Positions 30,001-38,661 of a DNA stretch of 64,000 nucleotides are shown one piece after another. The first letter of the stretch is position 1; every line of letters starts with the position of its first letter. The notes beneath the pieces are model-generated. The model was not told where the DNA came from, made no database searches, and saw nothing but the letters and a program-made list of their open reading frames with translations. This stretch comes from a bacterium. GTDB lineage: Bacteria > Bacteroidota > Bacteroidia > Bacteroidales > WCHB1-69. Location: the NCBI GenBank assembly GCA_963643165.1, contig CAVIJD010000009.1:940-64939 (forward strand). Direction: 5' to 3'. A program made the position numbers and the translations under genes.

Positions 30001-30058
30001 TTGCAGCGAGCGCGAAAGCCAACCAAAGGATTGTCGCACGAAAACGCCGGGGCATCAT
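27032..30058 (-). CDS. Secreted 1008-aa protein made of two TldD/PmbA-like halves (apparently non-catalytic)
   Basis: Signal peptide MMPRRFRATILWLAFALAAICGKAQS. The two halves share blocks: PVMLSGEAASAVLYAGVLKS vs PVIVFGQAAAVLFKQAFLES, and YRVYADDENGTGKLVRGLRF...LSGGNE vs YKVNLKDGKKTLVRLSH...VTASNE. The C-half also has TIDADGVPAEERMEVIEKGRLYTLL, resembling the TldD/PmbA 'DdEGvp...lIe.G.L' block. The ORF itself is certain; the family call is moderate. Confidence 0.5.
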   Translation of the reverse strand: MMPRRFRATILWLAFALAAICGKAQSLTDEKLFVDFVQTQLRQQVERYRHGDAPLCSLYCRIDKQEDYILDSKMGSVMEQRYRFGSRFSVRLIVGDIDSGDYTEGRSSDTLPFFPSELNEQAIVAALNREVSLVYEQTVREHQKRHLQESLGKPKRRTVFEPPIQDAVFEPPRDSSASACVEGWVERLNDCSALCNAFENCRNGSARLHYSYVRTYSLSNGDLCAVTNSNVSVLTLSMSALAEDGAPIDCAKTLSAEYPNDLPQASEVLSEMHELYARLCRTAEAPAAEASVCPVMLSGEAASAVLYAGVLKSHCAVSSAMSFSSDERGFVATARSPKTEAELLEALKAEATRQGKPYGYWVRNVMFTPSGEIVPQEVYRVYADDENGTGKLVRGLRFADLTTVCPAVLSGGNEPVTSVVPPSLTGGLPKRSTAPAVLLAAVATEVAPSVEMPALLSPLPVKDDEHEVPGQFSEVCSSIMQEEMTAFFEDTALRAYPPAYDLDFLVTDASMYQVKSIMGSTVLLSEMPMRSVETQVRVGDDKLNNENFAEKNWSETAFNLPLAENGNNLRRALHLSADRAYRRALADYAEKQLALAQWPYERASSLPPDRSRVFKNEFFDSTATGHWSIELLQDLANGISAAFVHDTVALKTIRDCGVNVYAYNANAYYLSAQGTRYEQPFQIVCVQIYAETEDADGMPLRDYSHFFYHGISDLPEVSYLADTALAMMRMLSALREAPLVNDFYDGPVIVFGQAAAVLFKQAFLESTPSLIAVRPLIQSDGTSFNYLEDKIDQRVVSPLLDVYSGPGCGERCAEPLIGRYTIDADGVPAEERMEVIEKGRLYTLLSNRIPTAAVKFSNGHQRLALSDGRLVATCGAGVLEFRCHSRSNDAEMLQKARKLARQAGWHYIYEIVKMPEFKDAGMSENSPVHAYKVNLKDGKKTLVRLSHTEKIDLHLFNRVVTASNETAVANMMSRGQSKCSGTPEMPLAGFPVSMLVPKCVLFSNLRIR

Positions 30059-30066
30059 ATTGGAAA

Positions 30067-31350
30067 CTACTCCCGGAACATCGTTGCCTCCCTGTCGGGA
30101 CCAACGGAAACGATAGAAACCTTTGTCTGGACTTGTTCTTCTATAAACCTCACATAATCCCTGAACGGCTGCGGCATTGACTCATAATTGCGGATAATGC
30201 TGATGTCCTGTTTCCAGCCGGGGAGTGTCGTATAGACCGGCTCAATGTCCGCGAAAGAGTCGGCGGGCATCCTGTCGGTCAGTTTCCCGTTCACCTTATA
30301 GGCGGTGCAGACGTTAATGGTATCGAAGTCTGACAGCACGTCGGCCTTTGTGAGGGCGATGTCGGTGACGCCATTGACCATAATAGCGTACTTGAGTGCC
30401 ACCAGGTCGAGCCAGCCGCAGCGGCGCGGCCGTCCGGTCGTTGCGCCGAACTCATTGCCTTGTTTGCGCAGTTTTTCTCCTGTCTCGTCAAACAGTTCCG
30501 TCGGGAAGGGGCCGCTGCCCACGCGGGTGCAGTAAGCCTTGACGATACCGATGACCTTGCCGGCATAATGTGGAGCGAGGCCGAGTCCTGTAAAGGCGCC
30601 GGCGGCAATCGTATTGGAAGATGTCACAAACGGGTAGGCACCGAACTCAAGGTCCAGCAACGTGCCCTGCGCGCCCTCTGCCAACACCGTCTTTCCCTGC
30701 TGCATATAAGAGAGCATCTCATACTCGCTGTCGATGACCTTGAACTGCTTCAACGTTGCAAGAGAAGAGAGCCACTCCTTTTCCATCTCCTCCAGACGTT
30801 GGTGAAGATTCTCTACGGGGTAGTGTTCGAGAATTTCCAGATGGCGAGACACGGCGGCGTGGTATTTTTCCAGAAAATCGGGGGAAAGCAAGTCGCAGAC
30901 GCGCAGACCCGTGCGGGCCGTCTTGTCTGTATAGGCCGGACCGATGCCACGGAGCGTAGAGCCGATCTTCATCTTGCCCTTTTTAGACTCCTGCGCGGCA
31001 TCCAGCAGCCGGTGTGTCGGAAGGATCAGGTGTGCCTTGGCGGAGATGAACAAATTGTCGGTGGGGGTCAGTCCGAGAGCCTCCAGCGAGCGTATCTCCT
31101 GTTCAAAAACCACGGGGTCAATCACCACCCCGTTTCCAATCACATTGACCTTGTCTTTATGGAAAATCCCTGAAGGGATAATATGGAGCACGTGGCGTAT
31201 CCCGTTGAATTCCAAAGAGTGTCCCGCATTGGGGCCGCCCTGAAAGCGGGCCACCACGTCATAATTCGGAGTCACTACATCTACAATCTTTCCTTTTCCC
31301 TCGTCTCCCCACTGCAATCCCAACAAAATATCGATTTTCATATTCTTCAT
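30067..31350 (-). CDS. purA: Adenylosuccinate synthetase
   Basis: LGLQWGDEGKGKIVD P-loop, GPNAGH and TTGRPRRCGW motifs. Confidence 0.97.
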   Translation of the reverse strand: MKNMKIDILLGLQWGDEGKGKIVDVVTPNYDVVARFQGGPNAGHSLEFNGIRHVLHIIPSGIFHKDKVNVIGNGVVIDPVVFEQEIRSLEALGLTPTDNLFISAKAHLILPTHRLLDAAQESKKGKMKIGSTLRGIGPAYTDKTARTGLRVCDLLSPDFLEKYHAAVSRHLEILEHYPVENLHQRLEEMEKEWLSSLATLKQFKVIDSEYEMLSYMQQGKTVLAEGAQGTLLDLEFGAYPFVTSSNTIAAGAFTGLGLAPHYAGKVIGIVKAYCTRVGSGPFPTELFDETGEKLRKQGNEFGATTGRPRRCGWLDLVALKYAIMVNGVTDIALTKADVLSDFDTINVCTAYKVNGKLTDRMPADSFADIEPVYTTLPGWKQDISIIRNYESMPQPFRDYVRFIEEQVQTKVSIVSVGPDREATMFRE

Positions 31351-31379
31351 TTTGCGACTTTGTTTACTTTGAGCAGGTG

Positions 31380-31387
31380 CAAAAATA
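31380..31387 (-). promoter_or_regulatory. -7 box (TATTTTTG) upstream of purA
   Basis: Plus-strand caaaaata, 30 nt upstream of the purA ATG. It is divergent from the trxA box. Confidence 0.45.
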
Positions 31388-31436
31388 CACTTTTTTTATG
31401 CTGCACCAAATTAAACGTGCCTTATCCTATTTTTTG

Positions 31437-31444
31437 TATTTTTG
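31437..31444 (+). promoter_or_regulatory. -7 box (TATTTTTG) upstream of trxA
   Basis: tatttttg lies 41 nt upstream of the ATG at 31485. Confidence 0.45.
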
Positions 31445-31484
31445 CCACCTTGAATAAAATTTTAACGCATTAAATAACATTATT

Positions 31485-31799
31485 ATGGCATTAGCAATCG
31501 ACTCCAGTAATTTTGAAACATTGGCCAATGGAGACAAATTGGTCATCATTGATTTTTGGGCACAATGGTGCGGGCCCTGCAAAGCATTAAGTCCCGTTGT
31601 TGAAGAATTGGCTCAAGAATATGAAAACGAAGTCATTATCGGAAAATGTGACGTTGACGAGAACAGCGATTTGGCTGCACAGTTCGGCGTCATGAACATC
31701 CCGATGCTGGTTTTCTTGAAGAACGGCGAGATGGCAGACGCCCTGGTCGGGCTGGTTTCCAAAGACAAAATCGTAAAGAAAATCGAAGAGCTCAAATAG
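31485..31799 (+). CDS. trxA: Thioredoxin
   Basis: DFWAQWCGPCK active site; 104 aa. Confidence 0.93.
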   Translation: MALAIDSSNFETLANGDKLVIIDFWAQWCGPCKALSPVVEELAQEYENEVIIGKCDVDENSDLAAQFGVMNIPMLVFLKNGEMADALVGLVSKDKIVKKIEELK

Positions 31800-31839
31800 T
31801 TTCTGAAATTCATTAAATTATTCACCAATAAAAATTATT

Positions 31840-33525
31840 ATGATTGATTTTTTCACAAACCATCGTATGGTGGCCCTGTTGATTGCAATTCTCATTGTTG
31901 TAATCCCGTTCATCATCTATTATGTAACCATTGCCAAGCGTGAGCATCCGAAAGGGCTCATCGCCGCTGCGTTGAGCAACATGGGCGAGCGGTTTGGCTA
32001 TTACATCATGAATGCCATCTTGCTGCTCTTCCTGGTCTCCAAGTTCGGCCTTCCTGACGGCACTGCCGGCACCATCTATTCGGTGTTCTATTTCGGCATT
32101 TACGTGCTCAGCCTTGTCGGCGGTATCATTGCCGACCGCACGCAAAACTACAACAAGACCATCCAATGGGGTCTGATTATCATGTCCATCGGCTATGTGG
32201 CATTGGCTATTCCGTTGTTCAGCAAGGATGCCAACGGCTTCATCGTTGACGGCAATCCTCAATGGTGGTCCATTCTCATCTTCACCTGCATCGCGCTGCT
32301 CTGCATCTCTTTTGGCAACGGCTTGTTCAAAGGCAACCTTCAGGCCATCGTCGGCAAGATGTACGACGAGTTTGAGGCAGAAGCCGCCAAAAAAGGCGAG
32401 GACGCCCTGAAAATCGCCAAAGAAAAACGCGACTCCGGATTCCAGATTTTCTACGTGTTCATCAACATCGGCGGTGTCGTCGCCCCGTTTGTGGCCCCGC
32501 TGCTCCGCGAGTGGTGGCTCAAAGCCCACAACTTCGTTTACAACTCCGACATGCCCGGCCTCTGCCACCAGTTCCTCAGCAACCAAGGCGCTGACATCTC
32601 CACCAAGTTTGAAGAGACCAAGGCCCTTGTGATGAACGGGTACAACTTTGTGGACAATGCCACATTCTGCTCTGACTATATTCAGGTCTTCAACCAGGGC
32701 ATCCATTTTGCATTCATCGCCTCCGTGGTGGCTATGCTCGTCTCGCTGACTATCTTTATGTGTACAAAAAAGAACTTCCCACAACCCGCCAAGAAAGAGA
32801 AACAGGAAGTTGTTGAATACACCGCTGAAGAGAAACAGGCTATGGCCAAAGAGATCAAACAACGTCTTTACGCTCTCTTTGCCGTGCTGGGCATTGCTAT
32901 TTTCTTCTGGCTATCGTTCCATCAGAACGGACAGTCCTTGTCTGTTTTCGCCCGCGACTTCGTCAAGACGGAGTCCATCGCCCCTGAGATTTGGCAGGCT
33001 TTGAACCCCTTCTTTGTCATCTTCCTGACACCTATCGTCATGGTTTCTTTTGCCGCGCTTGCCAGAAAAGGCAAGGGTATCTCTACACCGCGAAAAATCG
33101 CCATCGGTATGGCCATTGCCGGTTGCGCCTATCTGTTCCTGGCTATCGTTTCGATTGTCAACCACTATCCTTCCGGCACCGACTTCCGCGCTATGGACGC
33201 CCAAACTATGTTAGCAGAAGGCCTGTCAAAAGCCGGCCCGTGGGTGCTGATCGTAACTTACCTCTTCCTGACCATCGCCGAACTGTTCATCTCCCCGCTG
33301 GGACTCTCCTTTGTTTCTAAGGTTGCCCCGAGAAACATGGTCGGACTTTGCCAAGGACTTTGGCTTGGTGCCACCGCCATCGGTAACCTGATGATCTGGA
33401 TCGGACCTGTCATGTACAACGCATGGCCGATCTGGAAATGCTGGGGCGTGTTCTTCATCATCTGCCTCGTCTCCATGAGCGTGATGCTGGGCATGGTGAA
33501 ATGGCTTGAACGCGTGGCTAAATAG
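31840..33525 (+). CDS. POT/PTR2-family proton-dependent oligopeptide transporter
   Basis: SNMGERFGYYIMNAILLLFL (ExxERFxYY-type motif) in a multi-TM MFS architecture; 561 aa. Confidence 0.9.
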   Translation: MIDFFTNHRMVALLIAILIVVIPFIIYYVTIAKREHPKGLIAAALSNMGERFGYYIMNAILLLFLVSKFGLPDGTAGTIYSVFYFGIYVLSLVGGIIADRTQNYNKTIQWGLIIMSIGYVALAIPLFSKDANGFIVDGNPQWWSILIFTCIALLCISFGNGLFKGNLQAIVGKMYDEFEAEAAKKGEDALKIAKEKRDSGFQIFYVFINIGGVVAPFVAPLLREWWLKAHNFVYNSDMPGLCHQFLSNQGADISTKFEETKALVMNGYNFVDNATFCSDYIQVFNQGIHFAFIASVVAMLVSLTIFMCTKKNFPQPAKKEKQEVVEYTAEEKQAMAKEIKQRLYALFAVLGIAIFFWLSFHQNGQSLSVFARDFVKTESIAPEIWQALNPFFVIFLTPIVMVSFAALARKGKGISTPRKIAIGMAIAGCAYLFLAIVSIVNHYPSGTDFRAMDAQTMLAEGLSKAGPWVLIVTYLFLTIAELFISPLGLSFVSKVAPRNMVGLCQGLWLGATAIGNLMIWIGPVMYNAWPIWKCWGVFFIICLVSMSVMLGMVKWLERVAK

Positions 33526-33550
33526 TCTTATACAGACAATCATACAACGC

Positions 33551-33591
33551 AAAAAGAAAGCGGCTCTCGAAAGGAGAGCCGCTTTCTTTTT
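33551..33591. terminator. Strong A-run/hairpin/T-run terminator after the POT transporter gene
   Basis: aaaaagaaagcggctctc-gaaag-gagagccgctttcttttt. Confidence 0.7.
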
Positions 33592-33617
33592 CACTTCATC
33601 TATAACGAATGGCAGAC

Positions 33618-33653
33618 AAAAAAAAGGCTGGTTTGCTTTTTCGCAAACCAGCC
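33618..33653 (-). terminator. Terminator downstream of tRNA-Glu
   Basis: ggctggtttgc-tttttc-gcaaaccagcc, followed on the minus strand by T8. Confidence 0.65.
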
Positions 33654-33661
33654 CTGTCTTG

Positions 33662-33733
33662 TAGCGTGTAGGAGAATCGAACTCCTATTGCAAGATTGAG
33701 AATCTTGATTCCTAACCATTAGAAGAACACGCC
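33662..33733 (-). tRNA. tRNA-Glu (CUC)
   Basis: Hand fold: acceptor GGCGTGT/ACACGCT (G1-U72 wobble), D-stem TTCT/GGAA (U11-A24, U13-G22), anticodon stem CAAGA/TCTTG with loop TTCTCAA, 4-nt variable loop, T-arm AGGAG-TTCGATT-CTCCT. 72 nt. Confidence 0.85.
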
Positions 33734-33757
33734 ATCTCATTCTGCCGAAAGGCGGTG

Positions 33758-33765
33758 CAAAAATA
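33758..33765 (-). promoter_or_regulatory. -7 box (TATTTTTG) upstream of tRNA-Glu
   Basis: Plus-strand caaaaata, ~25 nt upstream of the tRNA 5' end. Confidence 0.5.
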
Positions 33766-33905
33766 CATTTTTTTTATTAACCTGCAACTGCTCCGCAATC
33801 ATTTTTTAATCTTTGCGTAAAATATTGTAAATCAACGATAAAATCTAAAAAAAACACCGGCAGCATACAGCATTTATAAATGAAAATGCTGACAATATGG
33901 ACAGC

Positions 33906-34748
33906 CTACCGCGTCAAATTCTGCAACATCCGGATTTCGTCCTGCCAGAGGCTTTCGTCGGGCGTTTCAAGGATGAGCGGCATCCCGTCAAAGCGAAGGT
34001 CTTTCATAAAACGGCTGAAAAAGTCGAGGCCGAGTAGTCCTTTCCCGATGCTGTCGTGGCGGTCAACTCTTGAGGCCAATTCCTTTTTGGTGTCGTTGAG
34101 ATGTATGGCCTTGAGGTAAGCGGCGCCAATGGTGTTGTCGAACTCGCCAAATGTGTTGTTGTAGCCCTCTGCCGTCTTGATGTCATAGCCGGCAGAATAG
34201 GTGTGGCAGGTGTCGAGGCACACGCCGACACGACTTTTATCTTCAACTTTATCAATAATATAGGCAATATGCTGGAAACTGAACCCCACGTTAGAGCCTT
34301 GTCCGGCGGTATTCTCGATGACCGCCGTCACGCCTTGCGTGCGGTCGAGCGCGATATTGATGCTCTCGGCAATGCGGTTGAGGCACTCCTCAAGCGGTAT
34401 TTTCTTCAGATGGCTTCCCGGATGGAAGTTCAGCATCTTGAGGCCCAACTGCTCACAACGCTGCATCTCGTCAAGAAAAGCACTCCTCGACTTCTCCAGA
34501 GCCTCCTTTTCGGGCTGGCCAAGGTTGATGAGGTAACTGTCATGCGGCAGAATTTGTTCAGGCTTGAAGCCGTGCAACGCACAGTTTTCTTTGAACTTGT
34601 CTATCGACTTGTCCGTAAGCGGCGGCGACACCCATTGACGTTGATTTTTGGTGAACAGGGCAAAAGCGGTGGCACCAACAGCCGCCGCATTCAACGGGGC
34701 ATTTTCAACCCCTCCGGTTGTGCTGACGTGCGGTCCGATGTATTTCAT
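33906..34748 (-). CDS. nfo: Endonuclease IV (AP endonuclease)
   Basis: [13 protein letters not shown] start, plus NFHPGSH, CLDTCH and IHLND metal-site blocks. Confidence 0.93.
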   Translation of the reverse strand: MKYIGPHVSTTGGVENAPLNAAAVGATAFALFTKNQRQWVSPPLTDKSIDKFKENCALHGFKPEQILPHDSYLINLGQPEKEALEKSRSAFLDEMQRCEQLGLKMLNFHPGSHLKKIPLEECLNRIAESINIALDRTQGVTAVIENTAGQGSNVGFSFQHIAYIIDKVEDKSRVGVCLDTCHTYSAGYDIKTAEGYNNTFGEFDNTIGAAYLKAIHLNDTKKELASRVDRHDSIGKGLLGLDFFSRFMKDLRFDGMPLILETPDESLWQDEIRMLQNLTR

Positions 34749-34749
34749 C

Positions 34750-35538
34750 TCAATTGATCTGATAACCCAGCATGATCTGCAAATTGAAATTACGGCGGGC
34801 TAATCCCGTCAATTCCGTTATCTCAGGCGCAACGTTATTCAGCAACCCAAAGTTGGCCGCCGCACCGATATAGAATCTGGAAACCTTGTAGTCGAGTTCC
34901 AAAGAGAGGCCGACATCAACCCTGCGGGCAATCTGTCCTTTATACAAAAGTTCTTCTTGTACAAAGTCGTCGGACAGCATCTGCCTGTAAATGCTCTTTT
35001 TGTCATTTTTCCAGGGGTCAAACTGCATCTTTTCCGTATAGTTGACGCCAGTGGAGTAGGCATATGTGCCCTTACCGGTCAACTTGCCGCCGGCAGTCAC
35101 GCTGAGATAAGGTCCTGCCGCCACCTCGAAACGACTGTTCTCACGCACGGGAATTGCATATTTCACCATCACGGGGAGGCAGAAATTGTGAGCGGTGGTC
35201 TTCTCCGAATAGTCAACACTGCAAGTAGAGTCGCCGGTTTGTCGAACCGTCTGTTCGGCAGCGCCAACCGTCTGTCTTGCATAGAAAAGTCCGGTCCGCA
35301 ATGAAAGCCGTTCTTTCAGCGGCACTTCGACTCCAACCCCGACAGAGCAGCCCGACTTGAGTCCATAGTACCGGTCGGGAAGCCCAAACGTGACATCTGC
35401 CGACTGATTTTGGCTTGCAAAAAAAGTAGAGAGCACATATCCGGCGCGGAGGTCCACCTTAACCTTAGGGGTCTCATTCTGTGCCAAGGCAACAGTGGAC
35501 AGCAGCAATGCCAACATCAGGAGCGGGAGTCGTTTCAT
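34750..35538 (-). CDS. Outer-membrane beta-barrel protein (porin-family/OMP_b-brl-like), function unknown
   Basis: Signal peptide ending ALAQ, alternating hydrophobic strands, and a C-terminal [10 protein letters not shown]. Confidence 0.55.
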   Translation of the reverse strand: MKRLPLLMLALLLSTVALAQNETPKVKVDLRAGYVLSTFFASQNQSADVTFGLPDRYYGLKSGCSVGVGVEVPLKERLSLRTGLFYARQTVGAAEQTVRQTGDSTCSVDYSEKTTAHNFCLPVMVKYAIPVRENSRFEVAAGPYLSVTAGGKLTGKGTYAYSTGVNYTEKMQFDPWKNDKKSIYRQMLSDDFVQEELLYKGQIARRVDVGLSLELDYKVSRFYIGAAANFGLLNNVAPEITELTGLARRNFNLQIMLGYQIN

Positions 35539-35549
35539 GCTTGTCGTAA

Positions 35550-36581
35550 TTAAGCCAGTTTAATGTCAACTTTCCCGGTGTCGGTAACCTTACCAATCAC
35601 GGAGGCCTTTTCGCCCAGTGTTTCAAGCATATCCAACACTTGGTTCTTGTCTTCCGGGGCGACAAGCAGCACCATGCCGATACCCATATTGAAAATATTG
35701 AACATCTCGCGGTGTTCCACCTTGCCGTATTTTTCGAGGAACGGGAAGATGGCGGGCATATCCCAGCTGCCCTCTTCGATGAAAATTCCTTGTCCCTCCT
35801 GAAGAGCGCGAGGGATATTCTCGTCGAATCCGCCGCCTGTAATGTGTGAAATGGCATGGATATCCACTTTTTCGAGCACTTTCAGCACCGAACGGACATA
35901 TATGCGCGTGGGGGTCAGCAGCACATTGCCCAAAGAGTCGGGCAGTTCGTCATATTGTTTGGAAAGGTCCATCTTGTTGTCCTTAAGCACGATTTTGCGC
36001 ACCAGCGAAAAGCCGTTGGAATGGACACCGGAAGAGGCGAGGCCGACAATCAAGTCGCCAGGTCTTACGCGGCTGCCGTCAATGAGGCGTGACTTTTCGA
36101 CGGCGCCGACCGTAAAGCCGGCGATGTCGTATTCGTCCTCGGAGTACATGTCGGGCATCTCAGCCGTTTCGCCTCCGATGAGGGCGCAATTTGAAAGCAC
36201 GCAGCCGTCGGCAACGCCCTTGACAATGGCTTCAATCTTGGCCGGGTCGTTCTTGCCCACAGCGATATAGTCGAGGAAGAACAGTGGAGCGGCGCCTTGT
36301 GCCAGCACATCATTCACGCACATAGCCACGGCGTCCTGGCCTATAGTGTCGTGTTTGTCCATCATAAAAGCAATCTTGAGCTTTGTGCCCACGCCGTCGG
36401 TGCCACTGACCAACACCGGCTCCTTGTAGTTCAGGGAGGCGAGGTCAAACATGCCGCCGAAGCTGCCTATGTTGCCCATCATGCCCGGACGGTTGGTTCG
36501 GGCTATATGTTTTTTTATCAGGCGCACAGACTCATATCCTGCTTCCAAACGGACGCCTGCTTCTTCATAAGATTTTGCCAT
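35550..36581 (-). CDS. purM: Phosphoribosylformylglycinamidine cyclo-ligase (AIR synthetase)
   Basis: YEEAGV start, with DGVGTKLK and HSNGFSL blocks. Confidence 0.95.
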   Translation of the reverse strand: MAKSYEEAGVRLEAGYESVRLIKKHIARTNRPGMMGNIGSFGGMFDLASLNYKEPVLVSGTDGVGTKLKIAFMMDKHDTIGQDAVAMCVNDVLAQGAAPLFFLDYIAVGKNDPAKIEAIVKGVADGCVLSNCALIGGETAEMPDMYSEDEYDIAGFTVGAVEKSRLIDGSRVRPGDLIVGLASSGVHSNGFSLVRKIVLKDNKMDLSKQYDELPDSLGNVLLTPTRIYVRSVLKVLEKVDIHAISHITGGGFDENIPRALQEGQGIFIEEGSWDMPAIFPFLEKYGKVEHREMFNIFNMGIGMVLLVAPEDKNQVLDMLETLGEKASVIGKVTDTGKVDIKLA

Positions 36582-36607
36582 AAGAAAAATAAGTTATGTG
36601 AAAAAAT

Positions 36608-37681
36608 TCAAATTATCAACATTGCATCGCCGTAAGTGAGGAATCTGTATTTCTCTGCCACAGCCTCCTTGTAGGCGCGCATCACAAATTCATATCCACC
36701 GAAAGCGGCCACCATCATCAGCATAGAGCTTTGGGAGGCATGGAAGTTCGTAATCATCGCATCGCCCACCATGAAGCGGTAGGGAGGATAGATGAACTTG
36801 TTGGTCCAGGCATCCATCTTTCCGTTCATTTCGGTGGTTTTGACGTGTCCGTTGGCATAGACAGACGACTCGATAGCCTTTGTCGTTGTCGTGCCGACCA
36901 TCACCACCTTATGTTTTTCCTCTTTCGTCTTGTTAATCAAGTCAGCCACGTCGGCTTTGATGATCATCCTTTCGGAGTCGGGCTTGTGCTTTGACAAGTC
37001 TTCGACATCGATATCGTTGAAATTGCTCAATCCGGCATGAAGGGTAATATAGGTACGTTCAATGCCTTTGAGTTCCATTCTTTTCAGCAATTCGCGGCTG
37101 AAGTGGAAGCCGGCGGCGGGAGCCACCACAGCGCCCTCTTCCGTAGCATAAAGTGTCTGGTAGTATTCCTCGTCTTCGGGCACAATCTCACGCATACGCT
37201 GTATGTCTTCGGGAAGCGGGGTCGTGCCGAGTTCCATCAGCTTTTTCTTGAAAGCATCATGGTCGCCGTCAAACAGGAAACGGAGCGTTCTTCCGCGCGA
37301 CGTTGTGTTGTCAATCACCTCAGCCAGCAGGCTTTCGTCTTCGCAGAAGCAGAGCTTGTTGCCGATGCGGATCTTGCGTGCCGGATCCACCAGCACGTCC
37401 CAAAGACGACTTTCCGCATCCAGTTCGCGCAGCAGAAAGACGCGGATCTTGGCGCGGGTCTGCTCTTTCTCGCCGTATAACAAGGCGGGAAACACCCGGG
37501 TGTTGTTCATGACAAACAGGTCGCCCTCGTCAAAATAGTCAAGAATATCTTTAAAAATCTTATGCTCAATAGTTTTTGTCTTGCGATTTAAGACCATTAA
37601 GCGAGCCTCGTCACGCTCCTTGGCAGGATACAGAGCAATCAAATCCTGAGGCAAGTAGTACTTAAATTCTGATAATTTCAT
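36608..37681 (-). CDS. queA: S-adenosylmethionine:tRNA ribosyltransferase-isomerase
   Basis: MKLSEFKYYLPQDLIALYPAKERDEARLMVL is the canonical QueA start; also LHAGLSNF. ATG at 37681. Confidence 0.93.
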   Translation of the reverse strand: MKLSEFKYYLPQDLIALYPAKERDEARLMVLNRKTKTIEHKIFKDILDYFDEGDLFVMNNTRVFPALLYGEKEQTRAKIRVFLLRELDAESRLWDVLVDPARKIRIGNKLCFCEDESLLAEVIDNTTSRGRTLRFLFDGDHDAFKKKLMELGTTPLPEDIQRMREIVPEDEEYYQTLYATEEGAVVAPAAGFHFSRELLKRMELKGIERTYITLHAGLSNFNDIDVEDLSKHKPDSERMIIKADVADLINKTKEEKHKVVMVGTTTTKAIESSVYANGHVKTTEMNGKMDAWTNKFIYPPYRFMVGDAMITNFHASQSSMLMMVAAFGGYEFVMRAYKEAVAEKYRFLTYGDAMLII

Positions 37682-37700
37682 TGTAAAATAATTCAGCGCG

Positions 37701-37708
37701 CAAAGATA
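37701..37708 (-). promoter_or_regulatory. -7 box (TATCTTTG) upstream of queA
   Basis: Plus-strand caaagata, 20 nt upstream of the queA ATG. Confidence 0.45.
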
Positions 37709-37785
37709 CAACAAAAAACAACGTTTGTCAAGTGCCTTTTTTGCGCCTTGAAAATCAAGAAAAAGCCTTGAAGACAGGGATTTTT

Positions 37786-38652
37786 TCAGGTTCTACGAAA
37801 CCGCTGATGATTCAAAAAACGGTTTTCCTTTTCAATGATCCGCAACTGTTCACGCATCTCGGGTGTAAAAAAGGACTCTGCCACTTTCTCTTCTATGTAC
37901 TCCACCGCCAGTTCGTTGGGATGGCTGAGGTCTTTGGCATAGAACCTGTAGTCGCGGAGGTCGTCCATCAGAAACTCGTAGGCCGGGAAATAGAATGTCG
38001 TTTCATTATCCACAAGCCGGTCAACCGCCAACATCAGCGTTGCCTTGCTCAAGGAGTTCTCGTGAACATTGTCGCCGGCATGGCGCACGGGGCTGACCGT
38101 GAATATGATTTTCAATTCCGGATAACGCTCTTTCAGCATCGCCAGCGTGTCGTTCCATTGCGAAACTATCTTCTTGACATCCAGCCGGAAACGTTCAAAC
38201 CAGTTGTTCGGGATTTTGTGGCAGTTGGATACAATGAGGTCGCGGGGTATGAATTTATAGCAGAATGCGGTGCCGAACGTGATGAAAAGGTAGTCGGCAC
38301 GCTCCAAAAACCGGGCGGTCTGCTCCAGTTGCTCGTCAATATTCTTCTCAAAGTCGTCATAATTCTCCCTCGAGAACCGGCCGTGGTGGGCAAAACTGAC
38401 CCAAAGGTCGGAGGTTCTGTAGAAGTAACGGTTCTTGTCGAAGCTGGCGGGTTCCATCAGCATCCTGAGTGCGCGGTCTATGGAGACGGGATTGAAAAGC
38501 ACGCCGAACGGATTGGAGCACACGTCAAAACGATGCCGTTTGAAGTAACTGCCGATGTGGTCTGAGAAACAGGACCCTAACAGCAGGAGCGAGTCGTCGC
38601 CGTTGATATTGAAAGGATATTTCGGGGCCGGTATGTTTGCGCGGAAAATCAT
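37786..38652 (-). CDS. GSCFA-domain family protein
   Basis: Contains the eponymous LLLLGSCFSDHIG motif near the N-terminus. Confidence 0.8.
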   Translation of the reverse strand: MIFRANIPAPKYPFNINGDDSLLLLGSCFSDHIGSYFKRHRFDVCSNPFGVLFNPVSIDRALRMLMEPASFDKNRYFYRTSDLWVSFAHHGRFSRENYDDFEKNIDEQLEQTARFLERADYLFITFGTAFCYKFIPRDLIVSNCHKIPNNWFERFRLDVKKIVSQWNDTLAMLKERYPELKIIFTVSPVRHAGDNVHENSLSKATLMLAVDRLVDNETTFYFPAYEFLMDDLRDYRFYAKDLSHPNELAVEYIEEKVAESFFTPEMREQLRIIEKENRFLNHQRFRRT

Positions 38653-38661
38653 AGTGGAGGG

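Noticed and set aside
27032-30058. Horizontal-transfer island suggested by high GC
   Set aside because: Neighbouring core genes such as parts of purA are similarly GC-rich in hand counts. There are no flanking repeats, tRNA junction or mobility genes.
33662-33733. Possible suppressor or selenocysteine tRNA, because TCA occurs within the anticodon loop string TTCTCAA
   Set aside because: With a 5-bp stem and a 7-nt loop, the anticodon positions 34-36 read CTC. The arm lengths and the 4-nt variable loop are Glu-like, not Sec-like.
34750-35538. Calling the 262-aa beta-barrel protein PorT or OmpA
   Set aside because: Only generic beta-barrel features (signal peptide, alternating strands) are visible, with no family-specific motif I can vouch for. 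I kept it as a generic OM beta-barrel.
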